A stretch of DNA of 64,000 nt from Rhodanobacteraceae bacterium (GTDB taxonomy: Bacteria > Pseudomonadota > Gammaproteobacteria > Xanthomonadales > Rhodanobacteraceae), in contig JALUXG010000011.1 of assembly GCA_027019085.1 (NCBI GenBank), forward strand, positions 1,944 to 65,943, given 5' to 3'. How positions within the stretch are numbered: position 1 is the first letter of the stretch; each line of letters starts with the position of its first letter. The notes beneath the pieces are model-generated. The model ran no database searches. It had not been told where the DNA came from and was given only the letters and a program-made list of their open reading frames with translations. Both the position numbers and the translations under genes were made by a program. Positions 27,576 to 37,129 of the stretch are shown piece by piece.

Positions 27576-28649
27576 TCAACGGCCGATGCGCAGGTGTTTC
27601 ATCAGCGCTTCCATGCATTTGATGACATCGTCCACGCCGATCAGGTCCATCACGCCGGGGCGCTCGATCTTGGTGCCCCAGCGCAATTCCCGTGCACTCT
27701 TGTGCAGAAAGTGCTGTGCGGCATCGTCGTAACGGTCCACGCACCAGCGCCGGTCCGAATACGGGCCCGAGCGCGCCGGGTTGCTGGCCGCATGCAGGCC
27801 GATCACCGGCGTACCCACGGCGTTGGCCATGTGCATCGGTCCCGAATCGGGGCTGAGCACCATGTCGGCGCGGGCGAACAGCGCCAACGCCTGTTTCAGG
27901 GTGTCGCGCCCGGTCAGGTCGAGCAGGCGGGTGCGCGTGGCGGCGAGGATGGCATCGGCCATGGCCCGTTCGCCGTTGGTCGGTCCGCCGGACAGGATCA
28001 CCCTCAGGCCCCTTGCTGCGGCATGGTCTATCACCGTCGCGTAGCGTTCGGGACGCCAATTGCGCAAGGCATGACTGGAGCTGGGGCTGACCACCAGTGT
28101 CGGTGCGGAAATCGGAATCTGTTCGCGCGCCCAGGCCCGGGCGTCCTCGGGAATCGGTATGTCCCAGCGTACCTTTCCACGCGGTACGCCCAGCGGCTCC
28201 CCGAAGCTGCCGATGGCGTCGAGCACATGTTCGCCGCGCCGCGCCGGGATGCGCTCCTGGATGAACAGTCGATGCAGGTCACGCGAACGCGCCGCATCGT
28301 AGCCGATACGACGATCGGCCCGCACCGCCAGGCTCAGCAGGTTGGCACGCAATGCCACCTGCATGTGCAGTAGAACATCGTAGCGCTGTCCCCGCAGCGC
28401 CCTGTGTACGGCGCGCATGCCCGCCAGTCCGCGCCCCTTGTCGAACGGCACGAACCTCACGCCCGGCAGGTCACCGACCAGGCGATGCTCCAGGCGGCCG
28501 ATGATCCAGGTCAGCGAGGTATCGGGAAAGTGTTCGCGCAAGCGATGCACCAGCGGCACCACGTGGGTCACATCGCCCAGGGCGGAAGTACGCAGCAGGC
28601 AGATATGGCGCGGATCGGATGGCATGGGCATCGGTTTGCTAGCCTGCAT
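27576..28649 (-). CDS. glycosyltransferase family 9 (ADP-heptose:LPS heptosyltransferase-like)
   Basis: ICLLRTSALGDVTHVVP N-terminus and GPTNGE...SPDSGPMHMANAVGTPVIGLH C-terminal motif. The start could be ATG 28631 or 28625 instead of 28649. Confidence 0.85.
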   Translation of the reverse strand: MQASKPMPMPSDPRHICLLRTSALGDVTHVVPLVHRLREHFPDTSLTWIIGRLEHRLVGDLPGVRFVPFDKGRGLAGMRAVHRALRGQRYDVLLHMQVALRANLLSLAVRADRRIGYDAARSRDLHRLFIQERIPARRGEHVLDAIGSFGEPLGVPRGKVRWDIPIPEDARAWAREQIPISAPTLVVSPSSSHALRNWRPERYATVIDHAAARGLRVILSGGPTNGERAMADAILAATRTRLLDLTGRDTLKQALALFARADMVLSPDSGPMHMANAVGTPVIGLHAASNPARSGPYSDRRWCVDRYDDAAQHFLHKSARELRWGTKIERPGVMDLIGVDDVIKCMEALMKHLRIGR

Positions 28650-28820
28650 TATTCATCAGCGTTGCAGCGGGCAGGTTCATGGGCATGCCATGCGCGGTTT
28701 TCGCGACCGGGAGGTACCCAGGCGTAGTTACACTACGTCGGGTGCCCCGACCGAGTGAAAGTCGCGCAAGGCGTGACATGGGTCCGGAACAGTAGAACGA
28801 TGGTGAATAATGCAGGCTAG
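28639..28820. repeat. 17-bp perfect inverted repeat flanking ~148 bp in the heptosyltransferase/kdkA divergent region
   Basis: CTAGCCTGCATTATTCA at 28639-28655 and its reverse complement at 28804-28820. Confidence 0.6.
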
Positions 28821-28871
28821 ACTGGTTCATGACAAAGGGGCGGCACTTCAGGTGCCGGACGAAGGCCGATC

Positions 28872-29618
28872 ATGAGCGATGTTCGTATCCAAGCCGACGC
28901 CGGCATGTTGATTGTGTTCGACGCGGACCTTGCTCCACAAGTCGGGCCGTCATGGTTCGACCCCGCGCACTGGCACCGGAACGGCCAGCCTTCGAACCGG
29001 CCCACCGGTGGCCGCGTGACGGCGCACTTCATCGAAACACCCGCCGGCGCTGGTGTCCTGCGCCATTACCATCGCGGCGGCATGGTCGCACCCGTGCTCG
29101 GCGACCGCTATCTGTGGACCGGTTTCGAGCGCACGCGCGCTGCTGCCGAATTCCGTCTGCTGGACCGCCTGTACAGCATGGGCCTGCCGGTGCCACGCCC
29201 CGTGGCGGCATGCTGTGTGCGCCATGGCCTGGGCTACACCGCCGACCTGATCACACTGCGCATCGCCCCCGCACAGACCCTGGCCGAACGCACCACCTCC
29301 GGCACGCTCGATGCCGGGCTTGCCGGGCGCGTCGGCGCGCTGGTCGCACGCTTTCACAATCACGGCGTCTGGCATGCCGACCTCAATGCACACAACATCC
29401 TGATCGGCCCGCAGTCGCTGTACCTGATCGATTTCGACCGCGGCCGGCTGCGCAGCCCTGCGCATGCATGGCAGCAGGCGAACCTGGCGCGCCTTGAGCG
29501 TTCACTGGTCAAGCTCGGCGCGGCACGCGACGGCAAGGCTGCATTCGAGTACGCTGTGTGGACCCCCCTGATGCGCGCATACGCATCGGCTCTGGAAAGG
29601 CAAACAGGCAGCCCATGA
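28872..29618 (+). CDS. kdkA: 3-deoxy-D-manno-octulosonic acid (Kdo) kinase
   Basis: 248 aa. LRHYHRGG, EFRLL and HADLNAHNILI...LIDFDRG kinase motifs. Confidence 0.85.
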   Translation: MSDVRIQADAGMLIVFDADLAPQVGPSWFDPAHWHRNGQPSNRPTGGRVTAHFIETPAGAGVLRHYHRGGMVAPVLGDRYLWTGFERTRAAAEFRLLDRLYSMGLPVPRPVAACCVRHGLGYTADLITLRIAPAQTLAERTTSGTLDAGLAGRVGALVARFHNHGVWHADLNAHNILIGPQSLYLIDFDRGRLRSPAHAWQQANLARLERSLVKLGAARDGKAAFEYAVWTPLMRAYASALERQTGSP

Positions 29619-30370
29619 ACTGGTCCCTGCGCTTTCTCGGCACCGGCTCTGCAGAGCACTCCGGACTTGGCCATTCCGCGGCCGTGCTTGAACACGACGG
29701 CCAGCCCGTGCTCCTGATCGACTGCGGGTTCGACGTCATCCCGCGCTTCGTGCAGCGGTACGACGGCCTGCCTCCGGCCATCTTCCTCACCCACCTGCAC
29801 CTGGACCACGTCGGCGGTCTCGAGGCGCTGTTCTCGCGCATCATGTTCGGCGCCGAACGCTTGCCGCCTCCCGCCCTGTTCGTGCCCGCCGCACTGGTGC
29901 CGCTGATGCAGTCACGACTGGCCGACTATCCCAACGTGGCGGCCGAGGGCGGATTCAACTTCTGGGATGCCTTCCGGCTGGTACCTTGCTCGCGCGGCTT
30001 CTGGTGGCAGCAGCACTGGTTCGACGTGTTCGGCACCCGCCATCACCGCCCCGGCACGTCGTTCGGCCTGGTCCTGCGCGGCTGCTTCACCTACACGGGG
30101 GACACCCGCCCGATTGCCGACATCCTGGACGATGTTGCCGAGGCGGGTGGCCCGATCGCCCACGACTGCGCCCTGCACGGCAACCCCTCGCACACCGGCG
30201 TCGACGACCTCGACACCTATCCCGGCGACCTGCGCACGCGCCTGCTTCTGTACCACTACGCCAGCGAAGACGACGCCCAGGCGCTGCAAGAGCGCGGGTA
30301 TCGCGTTGCCCGTCCCGGTCAGGCCGTGGAGCTGCCGCCACCGGCCCCGGACGCCAGCCGCAGCGGCTGA
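29615..30370 (+). CDS. MBL-fold metallo-hydrolase
   Basis: Trimmed to the ATG at 29615, which overlaps the kdkA stop (ATGA). THLHLDHVGG motif. Confidence 0.8.
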   Translation: MNWSLRFLGTGSAEHSGLGHSAAVLEHDGQPVLLIDCGFDVIPRFVQRYDGLPPAIFLTHLHLDHVGGLEALFSRIMFGAERLPPPALFVPAALVPLMQSRLADYPNVAAEGGFNFWDAFRLVPCSRGFWWQQHWFDVFGTRHHRPGTSFGLVLRGCFTYTGDTRPIADILDDVAEAGGPIAHDCALHGNPSHTGVDDLDTYPGDLRTRLLLYHYASEDDAQALQERGYRVARPGQAVELPPPAPDASRSG

Positions 30371-30557
30371 ACACGCGCCCCGTCATTCGACCGTTCAGCC
30401 GCGCGCACGACACCCATGCACCGGGTTCCGTATGATGAGCCCGGTAAGCGATCCGCGATTCCCGCCAAGGAGCCTGTCGTTGCGCCGCGTTCGTCTGCCC
30501 GTACCGCCACGAGTCCGCCTCCAGACGGCATGGGCACGCCTCGAACGCTCGCTGCAC

Positions 30558-31709
30558 ATGAAGCGCTGGTTCCCGCACTTTCCACTGGCGCTGGCCGTGG
30601 GATTGTCAGGCGTGGCACAGATCCTTCCCTCGCTCAAGGCCCTTCGCCGCCTGGACTTCTTCATCCATGTGTCAGCGCAGGACCTGGGCAGCCTGTCGCA
30701 AGGTTTCAGTTCGCTGGCCATTCACGGCGTATCGCAAGGCATCGTAGGCGGCCTGCTGGTGCTGCTTGGCCTGGGCCTGCTGTGGCGCTCGCGGCTGGCG
30801 TGGGTGCTCACCTTCCTGCTGACCGCGATCACGGTGGCACTGCAGATCATGGCACCCGATGGCGTCCACGGCGTCATGCTGACCTACAGCAGTGCGCTAC
30901 TGCTCACCCTGTACCTTGCTCGCCGTCATTTCCAGCGCGCCAGCCTGGCGACCGGCACCCTGTTCGCCCTGGTCGGTATCCTGCTTACCCTGGGCTACGG
31001 CGTATTCGGCAGTTATGCCATGGGTGGACAGTTCAGTCCGCCGATCCATGATTTCGGCACGGCGCTTTATTACACGGTCGAGACCATGTCCACGGTCGGT
31101 TACGGCGACATCACGCCGCACACCAGCCACGCGCGCATGTTCACGATTTCGCTGATTGCCCTTGGCCTGATGGTGTTCGCCTCGTCGCTGACCGTGATCG
31201 CCGGGCCGCTTTTCAACCAGCGCATGATGCGTCTGCTGCAACCGGGGAAGACCCGCATGAACCGCAAGAATCACATCATCGTGGTGGGCGACAACCCGCT
31301 GGCCCGCAACGCCCTTCACGCCCTTGCCGAACGCGGACTGGCCGTGACCGCGGTCTGGAAGATGCGCCCACCGGAAGGTACCGATACGCCGGAGGATCTG
31401 GTCATCGGCGACGGCGGCGACGTCGACGTGCTGCGCAGCGCCGGCGTGAACGACGCCCGCGCGGTGCTGGCGTTGGGGAAAGACGACTCCGACAATGCCT
31501 TCGTGGTGCTCGCCGCCCGTGACGCCAACCCCGAGGTGCGCACCGTGCTCGCGGTCAGCGACGCGCACAACGTGGCACGCATGCGCCACGTGCGCCCCGA
31601 CGTGGTGCTGGCCCTTCCGGTGCTCGGCGGCCAGTTGCTGGCCATGGCGCTGAGCGGCGAGGAAATCAAGGCCGATGCCTTGCTCGAACAGCTCCTGAAG
31701 CTGGGCTGA
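30558..31709 (+). CDS. potassium channel with C-terminal RCK/TrkA-N domain
   Basis: Track ORF 29967..31709 trimmed to the ATG at 30558. TM helices, selectivity filter TVGYGD, then the Rossmann-like segment HIIVVGDNPLA. Confidence 0.85.
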   Translation: MKRWFPHFPLALAVGLSGVAQILPSLKALRRLDFFIHVSAQDLGSLSQGFSSLAIHGVSQGIVGGLLVLLGLGLLWRSRLAWVLTFLLTAITVALQIMAPDGVHGVMLTYSSALLLTLYLARRHFQRASLATGTLFALVGILLTLGYGVFGSYAMGGQFSPPIHDFGTALYYTVETMSTVGYGDITPHTSHARMFTISLIALGLMVFASSLTVIAGPLFNQRMMRLLQPGKTRMNRKNHIIVVGDNPLARNALHALAERGLAVTAVWKMRPPEGTDTPEDLVIGDGGDVDVLRSAGVNDARAVLALGKDDSDNAFVVLAARDANPEVRTVLAVSDAHNVARMRHVRPDVVLALPVLGGQLLAMALSGEEIKADALLEQLLKLG

Positions 31710-31777
31710 GCCGGCCGCCGGACCGACACCCGCAACCCAGGCGCCCGTGCCGCCATGGGCCTGCCAGGGAGGATACG

Positions 31778-33121
31778 ATGCAAACCGAAAGTCACACCCC
31801 ATCCACAACTACCTGTCGAGCGACCCACGACCCCCTGCGCATCCTGCGCGCGGTGTTGGCCGGGCCGGGGCGCTTCGTCCGCCCGTGGTACCTGGCCTAC
31901 CTGCTGCTGGGCGTGGTCACCGCCGGCCTGGTGCCGGTGCTGTTCCCGCTGATCGTGTCCGACCGCGCGCACAGCGTGGCCGCCGTGGCCTACGTCATGG
32001 GCGTGTACAACCTCGGTCTGCTGACTTCGCCGCTGTGGGGGCTGCTGGCCGAGCGCTGGCGTCTTTACCGCAGCCTGTTCTTCCTGGCTTTCGTGCTGGG
32101 TGCCGCGGCACTGGCAATCTTTCCCCTGATGCAGCACATGCCTGGCTGGCTGGCCGCTGCCTTCGTGCTCGGCGCGGGCTCGGCCGGCGCCGGCACCCTG
32201 GCCTCGCTGTTCGTCGTCGATTTCGCTCCACAGGAGGAATGGGAACCTCGCATCGGCATGCTGCAGGGCTTCAATGGCACCGGCCAGGTCGTAGGCCTGC
32301 TGCTGGCCGGCCTGTTCGCACACGGGCAGTTCGATGCAGGACTGTGGATATGCGCGATCCTGCTGGCCGTGGCCGTCGGCGTGGGCGGCATCGGCCTGCC
32401 CGGCACGCACGCCGGCACTTCCGTTGCCGATCGCGTACACCGTTTGCTGGACGTGCGCGCATTGGCCGCGTTCCCACGCATCAACCTGCTTTCGGGCCCG
32501 GCATGGCATTTCAGCCATTTCAATCTGCACGGCCTGCGCCATGCCGGTGGGATGTTCGGCACGCCGTTCGGACGTTTCCTGCTGTCCTGGTTCATGCTGG
32601 CGCTGGGCGTGGCCGGGTTCTTCACCTACTTCCCGATCCTGCTGGCCCGGGGCTACGACCTGAACACGCACGCCTCCTCGCTGCTGTACGCCGCCGGCGC
32701 CGGCGTCGGCATCGCGCTGTTCGTGCTGGCCAGCCGCGCCTGCGCACGCTACGGTTCGGCGCGGGTGTACCAGTGGGGCCTTGCCGTGCGCATCGTCGGC
32801 TTCGTGCTGCTGCTGGCCTCTACCGCACTCCCGGCGCACCTGCGGTTGAGCGCATCGGCCGTCGGGTTCCTGCTCATCGTCATGGCCTGGCCGGTGCTCA
32901 GCGTCGCCGGAACCGGCCTGGCCGCGCACCTTGCGACCTTCAGCGAAGGGGCTGCCATGGGCCTGTTCAACGCCAGCCTGGCCCTGGCCACCGTGATCGG
33001 CGCCTTCGCCAGCGGCCCCCTGATCGGCGCCTTCGGCTACCCCGCCATCCTGTGGATGGGGGTGGCAGGGATCGGACTGGCCAGCGTGCTGGGGGCGGGA
33101 CTGGGCAAGAAGCGCGATTGA
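31778..33121 (+). CDS. MFS transporter
   Basis: 447 aa with about 12 hydrophobic helices. GGGAGGA Shine-Dalgarno upstream. Confidence 0.85.
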   Translation: MQTESHTPSTTTCRATHDPLRILRAVLAGPGRFVRPWYLAYLLLGVVTAGLVPVLFPLIVSDRAHSVAAVAYVMGVYNLGLLTSPLWGLLAERWRLYRSLFFLAFVLGAAALAIFPLMQHMPGWLAAAFVLGAGSAGAGTLASLFVVDFAPQEEWEPRIGMLQGFNGTGQVVGLLLAGLFAHGQFDAGLWICAILLAVAVGVGGIGLPGTHAGTSVADRVHRLLDVRALAAFPRINLLSGPAWHFSHFNLHGLRHAGGMFGTPFGRFLLSWFMLALGVAGFFTYFPILLARGYDLNTHASSLLYAAGAGVGIALFVLASRACARYGSARVYQWGLAVRIVGFVLLLASTALPAHLRLSASAVGFLLIVMAWPVLSVAGTGLAAHLATFSEGAAMGLFNASLALATVIGAFASGPLIGAFGYPAILWMGVAGIGLASVLGAGLGKKRD

Positions 33122-33393
33122 TTTCGAGGGTTCGCATCCCTCCCCCCCCCCGAAACGAAAACGCCACAGCAAGCTGCAGCGTTCGGATGCCTGGGCATCA
33201 GGGTATGGCGGAGAGGGAGGGATGATTCGGCGCCATGCGCCTCACCCCTGCGGGGCCGTCGCTGCGCGACGTTCCGATGCGCAGGGCGCATCGGTCGAAC
33301 CTCATGTCTTGATTTCGAGGGTTCGCACCCCTCCCCCCGAAAACGAAAACGCCACAGCAAGCTGCAGCGTTCGGATGCCTGGGCATCAGGGTA
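33118..33393 (-). repeat. tRNA-Ser(GGA)-linked copy of the same repeat family: spacer / 18-nt tRNA-end copy / 85-nt core / spacer
   Basis: 33118-33205 and 33309-33393 are duplicates that differ by C10 vs C6 and A3 vs A4 runs. 33206-33223 is TGGCGGAGAGGGAGGGAT. The core 33224-33308 is homologous to 26557-26640. Confidence 0.9.
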
Positions 33394-33486
33394 TGGCGGA
33401 GAGGGAGGGATTCGAACCCTCGATACGGGTATAAGCCGTATACACACTTTCCAGGCGTGCTCCTTAAGCCACTCGGACACCTCTCC
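33394..33486 (-). tRNA. tRNA-Ser(GGA)
   Basis: GGAGAGG acceptor, anticodon arm CACGC-CTGGAAA-GTGTG, long variable arm. The 3' half is identical to that of tRNA-Ser(CGA), with encoded CCA. Confidence 0.93.
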
Positions 33487-33530
33487 GGAATCCCGGACGC
33501 AACGCGCTGGCGCGGCGTTCGGAACGCGCT

Positions 33531-33559
33531 AGGATAGCGGCAGCGTGCGGGGCAGACAA
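33531..33559 (-). promoter_or_regulatory. candidate sigma70 promoter for tRNA-Ser(GGA)
   Basis: Minus strand TTGTCT-N17-TATCCT, about 45 nt upstream of the tRNA. Confidence 0.45.
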
Positions 33560-33665
33560 GCACGCGGACGTACCGGCCCCGACGCGGTGGCGACCGCCAT
33601 GCGCAACGGCATGACTTGAACGGGCCAATGCGCCATGCTGTGGCAAGACAAGGATTTTCGCGCCC

Positions 33666-34376
33666 ATGATCGAGTTCGGACATGCCACCCACCGGGGGCT
33701 GCAGCGACCACGCAACGAAGACACCTACTACGCCGACCCTGCATCGGGGGTGTTTCTGGTGGCCGACGGGCTGGGCAGTCATCATCACGGAGCACTGGCC
33801 GCGGCCCTGGCACGCGACAGCATCGTTGCCTCGATGGAAGCGGGCATGGCGCCGGAAGATGCCGTGCGCGAGGCCGACCGGGTGCTGATCGGTCACCCCG
33901 AGCACAGCGCGCACGGGCACCCGATGGGCACCACCGTGGCGCTGCTGCATCTGACAACACAGGGATTCGAGGCCGCCTGGGTCGGCGACAGTCGGATCTA
34001 CCGTCTGGACACGAGTGGCATGAAACAACTGAGCCACGACCATTCACGGGTGCAGGAACAGGTGGACCGCGGTGAACTGGACGCCGCGCAGGCACGTCGC
34101 GACCCGCGTCGGCATGTGGTCACCCAGGCCCTCGGCGTGACTGCACCGGCGGACCTTCGCATCGGCATTCACAAGGGCCCGCTGCAAGCAAGCACCAGCT
34201 TCCTGCTGTGCAGCGATGGGCTGACCGAGGAAATCGAGGACGCGCGCATCGCCGCGCACCTGCAGCGCCACGACATTGCGGCGCAGGAATGCGTCGACCA
34301 TCTGTTGCTCGAAGCACTGGATGCGGGTGGTCGCGACAACATCACCGCCGTGCTGGTACGCATCCTGCGCGCCTGA
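33666..34376 (+). CDS. PP2C-family Ser/Thr protein phosphatase
   Basis: 236 aa. RPRNEDT, LVADGLGSH, GDSRIY and CSDGL...GGRDNITAVLV motifs. Confidence 0.87.
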   Translation: MIEFGHATHRGLQRPRNEDTYYADPASGVFLVADGLGSHHHGALAAALARDSIVASMEAGMAPEDAVREADRVLIGHPEHSAHGHPMGTTVALLHLTTQGFEAAWVGDSRIYRLDTSGMKQLSHDHSRVQEQVDRGELDAAQARRDPRRHVVTQALGVTAPADLRIGIHKGPLQASTSFLLCSDGLTEEIEDARIAAHLQRHDIAAQECVDHLLLEALDAGGRDNITAVLVRILRA

Positions 34377-34380
34377 AGGT

Positions 34381-35100
34381 TCAATCGGCGCTTTCGGGGC
34401 TTTCGATACGCCTCCACACGCAGTAGCCGGCGCTTTTTTCCAGTGCATCGAGCCGGGCTTCGTGGGCGCGCAGTTCGTCATCGCCAGCGCGCAACACGCG
34501 CGGACGGCGCGTGAGAACCGGCACCGGGATGATACCGCTGCTACCGTGGCTATCGTCCTGAAATCCCAGGTCCAGGGCCACCTGACCTGATGTCATCGCC
34601 AGATAGACCTCGGCCAGAAGCTGCGCGTCGAGCAGGCCGCCGTGCAGCTCGCGGTGAGCGTTGTCGACCCCCAGCCTGCGACACAGCGCATCGAGGTTGT
34701 TGCGCTGGCCGGGGAAGCGTTCGCGCGCCATCTTCAGCGTGTCGAGCACCTGCGCGTGATCATGGATGCAGCCGTAGCGATGACCGGCCCGCGCGAGCTC
34801 GGCATCGAGAAAACCGACGTCGAAGTCGGCGTTGTGGATGATCAGCTCGGCACCCTCGATGAAGTCCAGGAAGGACTCGGCGACATCCTCGAAGCGCGGC
34901 TTGTCGAGGAGGAAAGCGTCGGAAATGCCGGTCACATCCCGCGCGCCCTCGTCGATGGCGCGGTCGGGGTTGAGGTAAGTGTGGAAACTGCGTTGCGTGA
35001 CGCGTCGTTCGTGCAGTTCGACAGCGCCGATCTCGATGATGCGATGGCCCTGCTGGACGTCCAGGCCTGTGGTTTCGGTATCGAGTGCGATCTGCCTCAT
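34381..35100 (-). CDS. dnaQ: DNA polymerase III epsilon subunit (3'-5' exonuclease)
   Basis: Trimmed to the ATG at 35100 ([12 protein letters not shown]). ExoI, ExoII (HNADFD) and ExoIII ([14 protein letters not shown]) motifs. Confidence 0.92.
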   Translation of the reverse strand: MRQIALDTETTGLDVQQGHRIIEIGAVELHERRVTQRSFHTYLNPDRAIDEGARDVTGISDAFLLDKPRFEDVAESFLDFIEGAELIIHNADFDVGFLDAELARAGHRYGCIHDHAQVLDTLKMARERFPGQRNNLDALCRRLGVDNAHRELHGGLLDAQLLAEVYLAMTSGQVALDLGFQDDSHGSSGIIPVPVLTRRPRVLRAGDDELRAHEARLDALEKSAGYCVWRRIESPESAD

Positions 35101-35570
35101 GCGCCGGCCCCCTGCTTGCGGTCGCGCAGCGCCTCGGCCTGTGCCCGTGCAGCCAGGTCGACACGTTCGTTTTCCACATGCCCTGTATGGCCGCGTACCC
35201 AGGCCCAGCGGATGCGGTGCGGTGCACTTGCGTCCACCAGCCGCTGCCACAGGTCCTGGTTCTTGACCGGCTTGCGATCGGCCGTGCGCCAGCCGTTGGC
35301 CCGCCAGCGTGGCACCCATTGCTCGATACCCTGCATGACGTAGCGCGAATCGGTGGTCAAACGGACGATACAGGGCCGTTTGAGGGCTTCCAGGGCGGCG
35401 ATGGCGGCCATCAGTTCCATGCGGTTGTTGGTGGTATCCGGCTCACCGCCGGCCAGCAGTCGCTCGGTCGTGCCACTGCGCAGCAGAGCCGCCCATCCGC
35501 CGGGCCCCGGGTTCCCCAGGCAGGCGCCGTCGGTGAATATGTCCACGGCCGATTCGCCCGGCGCATTCAT
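35097..35570 (-). CDS. rnhA: ribonuclease HI
   Basis: Trimmed to the ATG at 35570. [22 protein letters not shown] and [12 protein letters not shown] motifs. The stop overlaps the dnaQ start (ATGA). Confidence 0.92.
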   Translation of the reverse strand: MNAPGESAVDIFTDGACLGNPGPGGWAALLRSGTTERLLAGGEPDTTNNRMELMAAIAALEALKRPCIVRLTTDSRYVMQGIEQWVPRWRANGWRTADRKPVKNQDLWQRLVDASAPHRIRWAWVRGHTGHVENERVDLAARAQAEALRDRKQGAGA

Positions 35571-36256
35571 GCACAGTCCCGGTGCGCATGCGGGGCAAAC
35601 CCCGCGTGAAGGGGCGGTGCGGCACGCATGCGCATGGGGCGCAGTGGAATGACCGCGTCGGCATGCTTGCGTGCCACCAGAAGATAACCACCGCCAAGGA
35701 ACGCATTCGGCGCATCGCCCTGGGTGCAACGCGGCAGGAAACTGCCGTAGCGAAGCAGTTTTTCCATGCGCAGTCCCATGCCGCCCAGGGTGCGGACAAG
35801 CTCCGCGGGCAGATGCAGGTGCTCGCGATGCGTGGCGGCACGCTGGTGCCAGGCCAGCCACGGGCTCCAGATGCTGAGCGGATGCACACCGCCGAGCACC
35901 AGAAGCCCGCCCGGTTCGGTGACCCGCGCCGCTTCGCGCAACAGGGCCCTTACCTGGACGCGTGCCTGCAGGGCATGATGCACCCAGACGATGGCGAAGG
36001 CATCGTCGGCAAAGGGCAGCGCTTCGTGGCCGTTAGCCAGCAGATCTCCACACCAGTGGTCATTGGCCAGGTGCAGACGCACCCATTGCGCCACGGCGTC
36101 GGGACAGGCTGGCGGATCAGCGTCGGCATGCCGATCCAGCCGCAACCCGAAGCGCCCGGCACGCGGAGGCAGGCTGGCGCACAAGGCTGCAGCCTCGGCA
36201 CGCATCAGCGCGCGGAGGGCAGGCAGTGTGGGCGGATCCTGCTCGGGTACGGACAT
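35567..36256 (-). CDS. class I SAM-dependent methyltransferase-like protein
   Basis: Trimmed to the ATG at 36256. 229 aa. The conserved position between gloB and rnhA and the [17 protein letters not shown]...[10 protein letters not shown] segment fit methyltransferase post-I/II motifs. The stop overlaps the rnhA start. Confidence 0.65.
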   Translation of the reverse strand: MSVPEQDPPTLPALRALMRAEAAALCASLPPRAGRFGLRLDRHADADPPACPDAVAQWVRLHLANDHWCGDLLANGHEALPFADDAFAIVWVHHALQARVQVRALLREAARVTEPGGLLVLGGVHPLSIWSPWLAWHQRAATHREHLHLPAELVRTLGGMGLRMEKLLRYGSFLPRCTQGDAPNAFLGGGYLLVARKHADAVIPLRPMRMRAAPPLHAGFAPHAHRDCA

Positions 36257-36367
36257 GGTCTGCCGCGTGAATGGGGTTCTTCCTAGTGTACTCAATCCGG
36301 GCGCCACGGCACGGTGCGCTGCGGCGAGCGACTGGTATAGTCCGGCCAGCCGCAACCGAGGTCCACC

Positions 36368-37129
36368 ATGCAGCCTGTCCCTCTGCCCGCCTTCAGTGAC
36401 AACTATATCTGGCTGCTGGCCGACGATGCCGGCCATGCGCTGGTGGTCGATCCAGGCGAGGCGGCGCCGGTGGAACAGGCACTGGCTGCACGCAAGCTGC
36501 AATTGCAGGCCATCTTGCTGACCCACCATCATGCCGACCATATCGGCGGCGTACCGGCCCTGCTGCAGCGTCACGATGCCGTGGTGTATGCGCCACACGA
36601 TGAACGCATCGCGACGGCACATCATCGCCTCGCCGAGGGCGACCGGGTGCAACTGAACGCACCGTCACTGCAGTTTCGCGTACTCGAGGTACCGGGACAT
36701 ACCCGCAGCCACATTGCCTATGTCGGCCACGGCATGCTGTTTTGCGGCGACACGCTCTTCAGCCTGGGCTGCGGCCGCCTGTTCGAGGGCTCTCCGGCAC
36801 AGATGCTTGCCTCTCTGGACAAACTGGCGGCCCTGCCCGGCGAAACACGCGTCTACTGTGCCCACGAATACACGCTGGCCAATGCCGCCTTTGCACTGAC
36901 AGTGGATGGCGACAACCCGGCACTGCACGAACGCCACGCACAGGTGCGCACACAGCGCGAGGCGGGGCAGCCGACACTGCCCTCGACCCTCGGCCAGGAA
37001 TGCGCCAGCAATCCATTCCTGCGCGTGGACTCGCCGGCCATCGCCGACTGGGCGCGTGGACACGGGGCACGGATGCGGGTGGACCGCTTTGCCGTGCTGC
37101 GCGCCGTCAAGGATGCATTTCGCGCATGA
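36368..37129 (+). CDS. gloB: hydroxyacylglutathione hydrolase (glyoxalase II)
   Basis: 253 aa. THHHADHIGG, PGHTRSH and CAHEYT motifs. Confidence 0.9.
   Translation: MQPVPLPAFSDNYIWLLADDAGHALVVDPGEAAPVEQALAARKLQLQAILLTHHHADHIGGVPALLQRHDAVVYAPHDERIATAHHRLAEGDRVQLNAPSLQFRVLEVPGHTRSHIAYVGHGMLFCGDTLFSLGCGRLFEGSPAQMLASLDKLAALPGETRVYCAHEYTLANAAFALTVDGDNPALHERHAQVRTQREAGQPTLPSTLGQECASNPFLRVDSPAIADWARGHGARMRVDRFAVLRAVKDAFRA

Noticed and set aside
26919-33486. Genomic island or prophage integrated at tRNA-Ser, suggested by the duplicated tRNA 3' ends
   Set aside because: The DNA next to both tRNA-Ser genes encodes ordinary LPS-core, channel and transporter genes with the same GC-rich composition. No integrase, excisionase, phage or conjugation genes are present. 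The duplicated ends bracket only about 170 nt.
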